The translations under genes were made by a program, and so were the position numbers. A stretch of 64,000 nucleotides of DNA from Eubacteriales bacterium. GTDB lineage: Bacteria > Bacillota > Clostridia > Oscillospirales > CAG-272. Positions 39,510-47,670 of the stretch are shown piece by piece. Where the stretch lies: the NCBI GenBank assembly GCA_045531455.1, contig JAZSEA010000060.1, positions 5,236-69,235 on the forward strand, written 5' to 3'. Under the pieces are notes generated by a model. It was not told where the DNA came from. It was given only the letters and a program-made list of their open reading frames with translations, and did no database searches. Within the stretch, counting starts at the first letter, position 1. Each line of letters opens with the position of its first letter.

Positions 39510-40706
39510 TTATTTTAGTTCCTTCGGAGAAAAACTTTTAAGATCGGTAAAAACATCCAAATAAAATGGGTGATATGCGGTATGATACTTTTTAATCATC
39601 GACACATCAGAATCTGTCAGCAAGGATTTTTCATAGGCCTCCGAAAGAGTATATATTGAATTATCGTAATATACATACAGTCTGAAATTGTCGCTTTTAC
39701 CGCTTGGAGAAAATTGGTCACCGTAATAAACAAATTTCTCGTTTCCGATATTTTCATAGTAAATCGAATGCCCGGAGTAATTAATCAAAGATGTTCTGTA
39801 GTTGAATACATAAGCACCGTTATAATCTCCGTAATACTCGGTGATATATACATCGTCCGTGCTTGCAGTTACATTGTTTATTTCCGGAATATATCTTATC
39901 AGGGTCTTTTTGATTATTTGGTTCTTTTCTTCATCAAGCTGAACATCCGGAATCTGAGGAACAGAAACATGAATTGTCTCACCGAAGTGCTGAAGCGCAA
40001 TTACATAAAGGGATAGTTCATAAAATCTATCGTTTATAACAGCAATATCCGTATATGACAGCTCACCGGACTCATACAGATCACTAAGACAAGTAAAATT
40101 CCCGTCTTTGTATCCGACAATCTCGAAATTTGATGCTCCTGTAGAAAAAACATGATTGGCTATATGATAAGTTTGACCGGTTGAGATTACACCATAACCC
40201 GACTCAAAAATGTAGTATCCGTTATAGTATCCGAGATATAGCTCTCCGCTTTGAGTATCATACTTCAGAGCATCAATCGACTCAATCAATAATTGTTCAC
40301 TACCGTTCCTTTCTATCCAAGCTGTATTTATTTCTTTTATTAGAGCAGGTGTCAAAAGATCGTAATCTACATACGCTTGACACATATCAATCTCAATCTC
40401 ATTGATATCATCCAACACCTGCGTTGTAATATTTGTCGTCCCGCTTCCCGCGCCGGCTGTGAAATTGCTTACAACGTATGTGAAGAAGCTGACAAGCGGG
40501 GAAGCCATAGCCAGCAAGAGCAGGCTCGCCACCAGAGCAATATATATTTTACTGTGCTTGAGCGGCGTCCTCCATGATCTCACGGGCACGGGTGTGTCCG
40601 CTTCGGGCTCTTTGATGATGCTGAAAACGTCATCAATATACTTCTGATCGATATAGTCGAGTGCCGCAAGCAGGCGGCGGTCTGTGATTGTCGTTGTGTT
40701 ACTCAT
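39510..40706 (-). CDS. anti-sigma-factor-like single-pass membrane protein
   Basis: About 55 cytoplasmic residues, a TM helix IYIALVASLLLLAMASPLVSFF, and a large AT-rich-encoded extracytoplasmic domain. The ATGA start overlaps the sigma gene stop. Confidence 0.55.
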   Translation of the reverse strand: MSNTTTITDRRLLAALDYIDQKYIDDVFSIIKEPEADTPVPVRSWRTPLKHSKIYIALVASLLLLAMASPLVSFFTYVVSNFTAGAGSGTTNITTQVLDDINEIEIDMCQAYVDYDLLTPALIKEINTAWIERNGSEQLLIESIDALKYDTQSGELYLGYYNGYYIFESGYGVISTGQTYHIANHVFSTGASNFEIVGYKDGNFTCLSDLYESGELSYTDIAVINDRFYELSLYVIALQHFGETIHVSVPQIPDVQLDEEKNQIIKKTLIRYIPEINNVTASTDDVYITEYYGDYNGAYVFNYRTSLINYSGHSIYYENIGNEKFVYYGDQFSPSGKSDNFRLYVYYDNSIYTLSEAYEKSLLTDSDVSMIKKYHTAYHPFYLDVFTDLKSFSPKELK

Positions 40707-41260
40707 ACCGTGATACCCTCCTTTTTGAGTAGCTCCGCAAGTGCCTTGCGGGTCCTGTGGACCGAGACCTTGATCTTGCTCTCCGAAAAGCCCGTATGCC
40801 TCGAAATATCCGAGTATTCGAGCCCGAGCCAGAATCGCATGATAAATATCCTGCGGTCATCCGTCCTCGCTGTTTCAAGAAATTTGTTGATGATCTCGCC
40901 CGCGCGCTTTGCCTCAAAGGCGTCGGCAAGATCGTGTCCGTCCTCGACTCCCGCGAGGAATTCGTCGCCGACGATCTGAATATTTCCGCCCCGCTTCCAG
41001 GCGTTCATCTCCTTTGAACGGTTGAGCGCGTGGTTGCGCATCGCCGTTCCTATGTAGGAGCGCAGATTCTTCGGCTTCTCGGGCGGGATCGAGTTCCAAA
41101 GCGCGAGCAGAACGTCATTCAGACATTCCTCTCGGTCCTCCTTGAGTGCCAAAATGTTTGATGCGACGTAAAGGCAGAGATCGCGGTATTTCTTCTCGGT
41201 CTCGTGAATCGCGCTCTCGTCGCGGCTCCAGAATAATTCTATAAGCTTTTCATCAGTCAT
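40703..41260 (-). CDS. RNA polymerase sigma-70 family factor (ECF-like)
   Basis: 185 aa. Region 2-like ECLNDVLLALWNS and region 4 HTH EYSDISRHTGFSESKIKVSVHRTRKAL. Confidence 0.75.
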   Translation of the reverse strand: MTDEKLIELFWSRDESAIHETEKKYRDLCLYVASNILALKEDREECLNDVLLALWNSIPPEKPKNLRSYIGTAMRNHALNRSKEMNAWKRGGNIQIVGDEFLAGVEDGHDLADAFEAKRAGEIINKFLETARTDDRRIFIMRFWLGLEYSDISRHTGFSESKIKVSVHRTRKALAELLKKEGITV

Positions 41261-41297
41261 CTTTCTTCCTCCTTTCCGAAATGTCCCTTCACTTACA

Positions 41298-41325
41298 TAG
41301 ACAACTTCCGCAGGAAAAGGTTACA
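41298..41325 (-). promoter_or_regulatory. candidate ECF-type promoter upstream of the sigma operon
   Basis: On the minus strand: TGTAAC, 17 nt, GTCTA, about 35 nt upstream of the ATG. It resembles AAC/CGTC-type ECF promoters. Confidence 0.35.
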
Positions 41326-41446
41326 AGTTTTTTTAATAAAATAGCGAAAAAAATTGCTTAAGCAAATTTTTACCTTAACATTCCGCCAAAGGCGGAATAT
41401 TTCACTCGCGCAGCGGCACCAAATAAGGCACCCAACCGCTAGGCGG

Positions 41447-41571
41447 TACATAGGGCGGGACTTACGAACCCATATTTGCGCGTGATGTGCTGAAATAAAC
41501 TTATAAGGATCAGCGCAAATTTTTCGTGTTGCTTTGCAACACGAAGTGGGTTCGAGTATGCGATCTGTACG
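41447..41571 (-). repeat. single diverged copy of the tRNA-linked structured element
   Basis: Same order and orientation relative to its tRNA as the 16-kb array. Stem coordinates: S1 41547-41554/41465-41472, S2 41523-41545, S3 41474-41520. The T-arm mimic GGGTTCGTAAGTCCCGCC is on the minus strand. Confidence 0.85.
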
Positions 41572-41612
41572 AAATAAGGCACCCAACCGCTAGGCGGTTG
41601 GGTGCCTTATTT
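41572..41612 (-). terminator. trailer hairpin/terminator after tRNA-Leu(CAA)
   Basis: 19-bp perfect stem with a 3-nt loop, beginning at the terminal A of the CCA and followed by a T-rich tract on the minus strand. Confidence 0.65.
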
Positions 41613-41698
41613 GGTGCCGGTGGCGGGACTTGAACCCGCACGATATTGCTACCAACGGATTTTGAGTCCGTCGCGTCTGCCGATTCCGCCACACCGGC
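41612..41698 (-). tRNA. tRNA-Leu(CAA), class II, CCA encoded
   Basis: Manual cloverleaf: acceptor GCCGGTG/CACCGGC, anticodon stem ACGGA/TCCGT with loop CTCAAAA, T-arm GCGGG-TTCAAGT-CCCGC. Confidence 0.9.
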
Positions 41699-41708
41699 GT
41701 TCTTGCAT

Positions 41709-41737
41709 ATTATATCACAAATCACCGAGAAAATCAA
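41709..41737 (-). promoter_or_regulatory. sigma-70-type promoter for tRNA-Leu(CAA)
   Basis: On the minus strand: TTGATT, 17 nt, TGATATAAT. The tRNA 5' end lies 10 nt after the -10. Confidence 0.65.
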
Positions 41738-41880
41738 TACTTATTATTGAATTGATTTGAAAAATGTGTTATAATGGTATCAGTCGGTGAATTTTCAACA
41801 ATTCTTGATTTATAATTGAAGAACAATTTAGTTTTGTATAGTATAATGTATCAGTAAAAATATACCTTGGAGGCAAATAA

Positions 41881-42552
41881 ATGTTCCGAATCCTCATAGC
41901 AGAAGACGACCGCGAGCTTCGCCAGCTTTTTTCACACGTTTTAGCCAAGAACGGCTACAGCGTCGTTGGAGTATCAAACGGCAGGGAAGCGCTCACCGAG
42001 ATCGAGGCAGGCTATTTTGATCTTATAATTTCCGATATAATGATGCCCGTGATGGACGGCTACGAGCTCGTCCGCTCACTCCGCGAGGCTGAAAACCATA
42101 CCCCTGTCTTGATGATAACCGCAAAGGACGCTTTCGACGCGATGCAGCTCGGATTTATGTCGGGCACCGATGACTATATGGTCAAGCCCATAAACGTAAA
42201 CGAAATGATCCTCCGCGTCGGTGCGCTCCTCCGTCGCGCACAGCTTATCAGCGAGAGAAGACTCACAATCGGCGAGACGACAATGGAATGTGATTCTCTG
42301 ACGGTAACTACCTCGGGCGAGAGAATGATCCTTCCGCAGAAGGAATTTATGCTCTTATTCAAGATGGCGTCCTTCCCGGGCAAGATCTTCACCCGCCAGC
42401 AGCTTATGGACGATATCTGGGGCTACGATTCCGGCACCGATACCCATACCGTCGACGTACATATCGGACGCTTGCGCGACCGCTTCCGTGATTGCGAGGA
42501 TTTCAAGATCGTAACTATGCGCGGAGTCGGATATAAGGTGGTGAAGGCGTGA
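41881..42552 (+). CDS. OmpR-family response regulator
   Basis: Receiver domain (DLIISDIMMP phospho-acceptor Asp region) plus a winged-helix C-terminus (VDVHIGRLRDRF...RGVGYKV). Confidence 0.88.
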   Translation: MFRILIAEDDRELRQLFSHVLAKNGYSVVGVSNGREALTEIEAGYFDLIISDIMMPVMDGYELVRSLREAENHTPVLMITAKDAFDAMQLGFMSGTDDYMVKPINVNEMILRVGALLRRAQLISERRLTIGETTMECDSLTVTTSGERMILPQKEFMLLFKMASFPGKIFTRQQLMDDIWGYDSGTDTHTVDVHIGRLRDRFRDCEDFKIVTMRGVGYKVVKA

Positions 42553-43586
42553 AATTCCTCAAAAAGCTCAAGGAATTCTTCCGCAATTTTCTGAGCCTTA
42601 ATTTCTATTTCACGATCTTTACGGTCGGCGAGATCGTCATTGCTCTTGCGCTTGCCAGACTTATTGCGGGTCTTGTCGGAATCGATCTCAACGATTCACC
42701 CTTCGCGTATTTCGCACTTTGCTCTGTATGTATTGCGGGCGGACTTGCGATATTGATCAACTCCTTTTTCCTTAAGCCGATCTCGATGCTTTCGGAATCG
42801 ATGAAGAAGGTCTCGGGCGGTGATTTTTCGATCAGACTAAAGGAAAATAGCAAGATCAAGGAGATCGGCGAGCTCAACCATAGCTTTAACGCTATGACGG
42901 ACGAGCTCGGCGCAACCGAGGTGCTTCAATCCGACTTCGTCTCGAACGTCTCGCACGAGATCAAAACGCCCCTCAACGCCATCGAGGGCTACGCCACTCT
43001 CCTCCAGGACAGCGATTGCACCGACGAGGAGCGGAGAAGATACACGGAAAAAATACTTTTCAATACGAAAAGACTCTCCGAGCTCGTCGGAAACGTCCTC
43101 ATCATCTCAAAGATCGAGAGCGGAACCGTCGACAGAAGCGAGGAAACCTTCCGCCTTGATGAGCAGATCAGACAGTCGATCATGCTCCTTGAGTCGAAGT
43201 GGACGGAGAAGGATATCGAATTCGATATCGAGCTCGACGAGATCACTTTTACGGGCGACCGCGGTCTTCTGCTCCACGTCTGGAACAATATAATCGGCAA
43301 TGCGATCAAGTTCAGCCCCGTTGGCGGACTTGTAACGATCAGGCTTGACAAGAAAGAGGGATTTGTCAGATTCCTCGTCGACGATTGCGGACCCGGCATC
43401 AGCGATACCGCGAAAAAGCATATCTTCGATAAGTTCTATCAGGAGGACAGCTCGCATAAGCAGGAGGGCAACGGACTCGGACTTGCCCTTGTCAAGCGCA
43501 TAGTTGATATGTCGGAGGGCATAATCGAGGTCGAAAACCTCCCCGAATCGGGTTGCAGGTTCACGGTTGAACTGAAAAATCAATAA
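42549..43586 (+). CDS. sensor histidine kinase
   Basis: Two TM helices, a HAMP-like segment, H-box SHEIKTPLNAI, N-box NIIGNAIKF and G-boxes DCGPGI / GNGLGL. Confidence 0.88.
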   Translation: MKFLKKLKEFFRNFLSLNFYFTIFTVGEIVIALALARLIAGLVGIDLNDSPFAYFALCSVCIAGGLAILINSFFLKPISMLSESMKKVSGGDFSIRLKENSKIKEIGELNHSFNAMTDELGATEVLQSDFVSNVSHEIKTPLNAIEGYATLLQDSDCTDEERRRYTEKILFNTKRLSELVGNVLIISKIESGTVDRSEETFRLDEQIRQSIMLLESKWTEKDIEFDIELDEITFTGDRGLLLHVWNNIIGNAIKFSPVGGLVTIRLDKKEGFVRFLVDDCGPGISDTAKKHIFDKFYQEDSSHKQEGNGLGLALVKRIVDMSEGIIEVENLPESGCRFTVELKNQ

Positions 43587-43622
43587 AAATATCGAAAAAC
43601 ACAAAAAATATTTGAAAAAGGT

Positions 43623-43651
43623 ATTGCATTTTTCTTCAACTTATGGTATAA
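43623..43651 (+). promoter_or_regulatory. sigma-70-type promoter for rplS
   Basis: TTGCAT, 17 nt, TGGTATAAT. The upstream block TTGAAAAAGGTATTG is shared with the tRNA promoter at 15683. Confidence 0.6.
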
Positions 43652-43742
43652 TATTCGAGTGTGTGACAAGCACACGGGGAGCGGTCCTCTGCATGCTCGG
43701 TATGAACGCTCTTACATCACTTCTATAAAGGAGGAATAGGTA

Positions 43743-44084
43743 ATGGATTACATTGCAGCTATTACCAAGGAGCATCTTAAGTCTGAACTTCCCGTAGTTA
43801 ATGTCGGTGATACCGTTCGTATTCACAACCGCATTAAAGAGGGAGCACGTGAGAGAATCCAGCTTTTCGAGGGCGTTGTCATCGCAAAGCACGGCGGCGG
43901 AATCTCCGAGACCTTCACTGTAAGACGCGTTTCTTACTCTGTTGGTGTTGAGAAGACCTTCCCCATCCATTCTCCCAACGTCGTTAAGGTCGACATCGTT
44001 CGTTCCGGTGTGGTCAGACGTGCAAAGCTCTACTATCTGCGTGACAGAGTGGGCAAGGCTTCCAAGGTTAAAGAGAAGATCTAA
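43743..44084 (+). CDS. rplS: 50S ribosomal protein L19
   Basis: 113 aa. [18 protein letters not shown]...[16 protein letters not shown] is diagnostic. Confidence 0.95.
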   Translation: MDYIAAITKEHLKSELPVVNVGDTVRIHNRIKEGARERIQLFEGVVIAKHGGGISETFTVRRVSYSVGVEKTFPIHSPNVVKVDIVRSGVVRRAKLYYLRDRVGKASKVKEKI

Positions 44085-44101
44085 GCTTACTTGGCATCAA
44101 T

Positions 44102-44140
44102 AAAAGACACCTCGTTTCGGGGTGTCTTTTATTGTTTTTT
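44102..44140 (+). terminator. rho-independent terminator after rplS
   Basis: 13-bp stem AAAAGACACCTCG/CGGGGTGTCTTTT (one G-U pair) followed by ATTGTTTTTT. Confidence 0.75.
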
Positions 44141-44199
44141 GCTTGATTTGCGCGCGGATTTGTGATATAATGATCATACCAACTTAAAGGAGAATCGCT

Positions 44200-45471
44200 A
44201 TGGCTCTTAAAAATAAATATGATATAATCGTCGTCGGCGGAGGCTTTGCGGGCGCATCTGCGGCAATATCCGCGGGCAGACTCGGAAAAAGCGTACTGCT
44301 TATCGAAAAATATAACTGTATGGGCGGTGCGGCTTGCTATGACCTCGTCAACCCATTTATGCCCTATGCAACGACAGATCCCGAAAGCGGCGAGAGGATC
44401 GACCTCAGCTGCGGACTCTTTACCGAGATCGTCGAACGACTCCGCGCCCTCGTCGGAGCAAACCAATCAAAGAGAAGCCTTCCTTTCAATGAGGAGGTGC
44501 TGAAATATCTTCTGAATACGATGGCTCTCGAGAGCGGCGTAGACCTTTTGTACCAGACCTACGTTACCGGTGTCCGCAAGGAAGAAGGCAGAATAAAAGC
44601 CGTTAAGATATCAAATGTCTCGGGCAACTCCGAGATCGAAGGAGATTGCTTCATCGATGCCACGGGAGACGCCAATCTCGCTGTGATGGCAGACTGCCCC
44701 TTCAGACTCGGCAGAGAATCGGATAACCTCTGTCAGCCGATGACGCTTTGCTTCCGCCTGGCGGGAGTCAAATCCTTCGATGCCGACTTGAAGGCGAAGA
44801 TCAACTCGCTTTACGTCGAGCATCAAGCTGCCGGTAAGATAAAGAATCCGCGCGAAAACGTGCTGATCTTCAGAACTCTCGTCGATGATATACTTCATTT
44901 CAACACCACACGCGTCGTCAAGCTCGATCCGACGAACGCAGAGGACGTCACCCGCGCCGAGATAATCGCACGTGAGCAGGTCTTCGAAATGTATGATTTC
45001 CTCCGCACGAATTTCGAGGAATTCAAAGAATCAACTCTTATCTCCACGGGCATTCAGATCGGTGTGCGCGAGAGCCGTATGATCGACGGAGAATACACGC
45101 TGACAAAGGATGATCTCCTTTCCTGCAAGATCTTTGAGGACACTATCGCAGTATGCAACTACGATATCGATATCCACAGCCCCGATGGAAGCGGAACGAG
45201 CCATTATTATTTCCCGAGCGGAAAATATTATGGAATTCCGTACCGTTGCCTCATCCCGAAAAATGCGGAAAATCTGCTTGTCGCGGGCAGATGTGTTTCT
45301 GCCGATCACGATGCGCAAGCGTCCCTCCGAATTATGCCGACCTGCTCGAATCTCGGAGAAGCCGCGGGCATCGCCGCCGTTCTTTCAATCGAGGATAACG
45401 GAAAGGTCAGATCGGTAAGTGCGGAAGCTCTACGTGCACTTCTCAAGGAAAAGAGAGCAAAAGTGGATTAA
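44200..45471 (+). CDS. FAD-dependent oxidoreductase (FAD_oxidored family)
   Basis: N-terminal DIIVVGGGFAGASAA...LLIEK dinucleotide fold. Confidence 0.75.
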   Translation: MALKNKYDIIVVGGGFAGASAAISAGRLGKSVLLIEKYNCMGGAACYDLVNPFMPYATTDPESGERIDLSCGLFTEIVERLRALVGANQSKRSLPFNEEVLKYLLNTMALESGVDLLYQTYVTGVRKEEGRIKAVKISNVSGNSEIEGDCFIDATGDANLAVMADCPFRLGRESDNLCQPMTLCFRLAGVKSFDADLKAKINSLYVEHQAAGKIKNPRENVLIFRTLVDDILHFNTTRVVKLDPTNAEDVTRAEIIAREQVFEMYDFLRTNFEEFKESTLISTGIQIGVRESRMIDGEYTLTKDDLLSCKIFEDTIAVCNYDIDIHSPDGSGTSHYYFPSGKYYGIPYRCLIPKNAENLLVAGRCVSADHDAQASLRIMPTCSNLGEAAGIAAVLSIEDNGKVRSVSAEALRALLKEKRAKVD

Positions 45472-45499
45472 GTGGCAAAATCTGCTGACGGAGAAAATT

Positions 45500-45530
45500 G
45501 AATAACAGCCTCCGCGCTCTGCCGATACTA
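45500..45530 (+). promoter_or_regulatory. candidate forespore-type (sigmaF/sigmaG) promoter for sigG
   Basis: GAATA, about 19 nt, GATACTA. This resembles the GHATR-N18-CAHWHTA consensus as I remember it. Confidence 0.3.
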
Positions 45531-45556
45531 TTTTCAGCAAGAACACGGAGGCTCTT

Positions 45557-46333
45557 ATGTATTGCGGAAAAGTAGAAATTAGCGGTATAGATACCTCAAA
45601 GCTGAAGGTGCTTACCGATGAGGAAAAGGAAGAGCTTTTGAGAAGGACAAAGACGGGCGATATGGCAGCCCGAGAGGAGCTGATCTGCGGAAATCTGCGG
45701 CTCGTCCTCAGCATAATTCAACGCTTCGGCGGAAGAAAGGAATCGCCCGACGACCTTTTTCAGGTCGGTTGCATCGGGCTTATCAAGGCGGTAGATAACT
45801 TCAATATCGACCTCAACGTAAAATTTTCGACCTACGCCGTTCCGATGATAATAGGTGAGATCAGAAGGTATCTGCGCGACAATAACGCCATCAGAATAAG
45901 CAGATCGATGCGCGATCTTGCCTACAGATCGCTGTCGGTGCGCGAGGAAATTTCAAGGGAAAAGCAGACCGATCCGACGCCCGACGAGATCGCCGAAAAG
46001 CTCGGCGAGAGCAGGGAAGCCGTCGTCAGGGCAATGGAGGCAATAATCGAACCGATATCGCTCTATGAGCCCGTTTTCACCGAAAACGGTGACTCACTCT
46101 ACGTCATCGATCAGCTTGCCGATATCGGCGCAAGCGACGAGGCTTGGCTTGAAAAAATAGCACTCGCCGAGGCACTTGAATCACTCGGCGAGCGCGAAAG
46201 AAGAATAATCGATATGAGATTTTACAAAAACAAGACGCAGATGGAGATCGCGGAGGAGATAGGAATATCGCAGGCGCAGGTCTCGCGTCTTGAGAAAGGC
46301 GCGCTTGAAAGAATGCGCAAGCAGATCAGATAG
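45557..46333 (+). CDS. sigG: sporulation sigma factor SigG
   Basis: Near-colinear with B. subtilis SigG as I remember it: KVEISGIDTSKL, GNLRLVLSIIQRF, DLFQVGCIGLIKAVDNF, KFSTYAVPMIIGEIRRYLRDNN. Confidence 0.85.
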   Translation: MYCGKVEISGIDTSKLKVLTDEEKEELLRRTKTGDMAAREELICGNLRLVLSIIQRFGGRKESPDDLFQVGCIGLIKAVDNFNIDLNVKFSTYAVPMIIGEIRRYLRDNNAIRISRSMRDLAYRSLSVREEISREKQTDPTPDEIAEKLGESREAVVRAMEAIIEPISLYEPVFTENGDSLYVIDQLADIGASDEAWLEKIALAEALESLGERERRIIDMRFYKNKTQMEIAEEIGISQAQVSRLEKGALERMRKQIR

Positions 46334-46922
46334 AGATCTCGCCCGAGATCGGCGAATCTTTGAAGCGGATGACTCGGTCGGCGATCCTTTCGGCAAACTC
46401 TATGTCGTGGATCACGGCAATAACGAGCGCGGATTTCGTATGACGCTTGATGACCTCCGCGGTCATCTCGGCAGTCTCCCTGTCGAGATTTGCATAGGGC
46501 TCGTCGAAGAGGTAGATATCCGATCTCCTTGCAAGCGCACGCGCGATCGAAACACGCGCCTTCATTCCTCCCGAAAGCTCGTCGGGATAAAGACTCGTGT
46601 CGCTGATTCCGAGCTCATAAAGCAACTCTTGGGATTTTCCGAGGGTTGCTTTTTTGTCGCCGAGGATAAAATTCACGTTCTGCAAGGCAGTTCTGTCGGG
46701 CAGAAGTCTGGGCTCCTGAAATGACATCGAAATAGAATGATTGCAAATGATTTCGCCGCAGTTTACCTTTTCGATCCCCGCAATAATGCGCAACAAAGTG
46801 CTTTTTCCGCATCCTGAAGGTCCGCAGATGGCAATAAAACCGCTTTCGGGGAAGGTTACGGATAGGTTTTTAATTGCTTCCTTGCTGTCAAAGCTCTTTG
46901 AAATATCATTTATCCGAAGCAT
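46326..46922 (-). CDS. ABC transporter ATP-binding protein (NitT/TauT family)
   Basis: Walker A GPSGCGKST, signature LSGGM, Walker B LFDEP. The start is set at MLRINDI with a GAAGGAGG RBS. Confidence 0.85.
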   Translation of the reverse strand: MLRINDISKSFDSKEAIKNLSVTFPESGFIAICGPSGCGKSTLLRIIAGIEKVNCGEIICNHSISMSFQEPRLLPDRTALQNVNFILGDKKATLGKSQELLYELGISDTSLYPDELSGGMKARVSIARALARRSDIYLFDEPYANLDRETAEMTAEVIKRHTKSALVIAVIHDIEFAERIADRVIRFKDSPISGEISI

Positions 46923-47670
46923 TCTTGAGCCTCCTTCCCGCAACCTTCGTCAAGATACGAACGGCTTTTTCAATTAGAAGACTGATGATGATTATCACTA
47001 CAGTCCAGGCAAGCAGATCAGCGGGCTCCATATAGCTTTTGGCGTCCGAGAGCTTCTTGCCGATCGAATCGGGGATGTAAGCCACGACCTCAGCCGCGAT
47101 CCCTGCTTTTACCGCAAGCCCTACGGAAGTTGTCAAAGCCGAAAGAAAGAAAGGCTTTACCGCCGGTACGTAGATCCTTGCGATCGTCAAAAACCACGGC
47201 ACACCAAACACGCCGGCCATTTCAAGAAGCTCACTTGAGGTTTGGGAAATGCCCGCGCGGATATTTTCAAAAAGGACGGGAAAGACCATCATAAACGTGA
47301 TCGCGGACGGTATGATGTGACGGTCCACAAGGAAGATCGCAATCAGGATGAATGATACCACGGGTGTTGATTTCATCAGAGTAACCGCAGGCGAAAAGAG
47401 CGCATTTACTGTCTTTGATCCCGCGCAAATTGCCGCCGTAAGCCACGCTGCGGGTATTGCGATCACGATTCCTATAAGGACTCTGAGCATCGAAAGCCCT
47501 GTGAATTTCCAAAATTCAATCTCGCCCGAAAGCGAAATAAGCCTCAAAAGCGTTTCGATCGGTGTCGGCAAAATCAGCGGATTGTTTACTATCGTTGCCG
47601 CGCTCTGCCATAGAACAAGCCAGAAAAGCGCGACTGCCGCCGATAAAGTAATTTTTTTGAACGCCTTCAT
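46906..47670 (-). CDS. ABC transporter permease (NitT/TauT family)
   Basis: Six-TM BPD_transp_1-like protein between the binding protein and the ATPase. Confidence 0.75.
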   Translation of the reverse strand: MKAFKKITLSAAVALFWLVLWQSAATIVNNPLILPTPIETLLRLISLSGEIEFWKFTGLSMLRVLIGIVIAIPAAWLTAAICAGSKTVNALFSPAVTLMKSTPVVSFILIAIFLVDRHIIPSAITFMMVFPVLFENIRAGISQTSSELLEMAGVFGVPWFLTIARIYVPAVKPFFLSALTTSVGLAVKAGIAAEVVAYIPDSIGKKLSDAKSYMEPADLLAWTVVIIIISLLIEKAVRILTKVAGRRLKNASDK

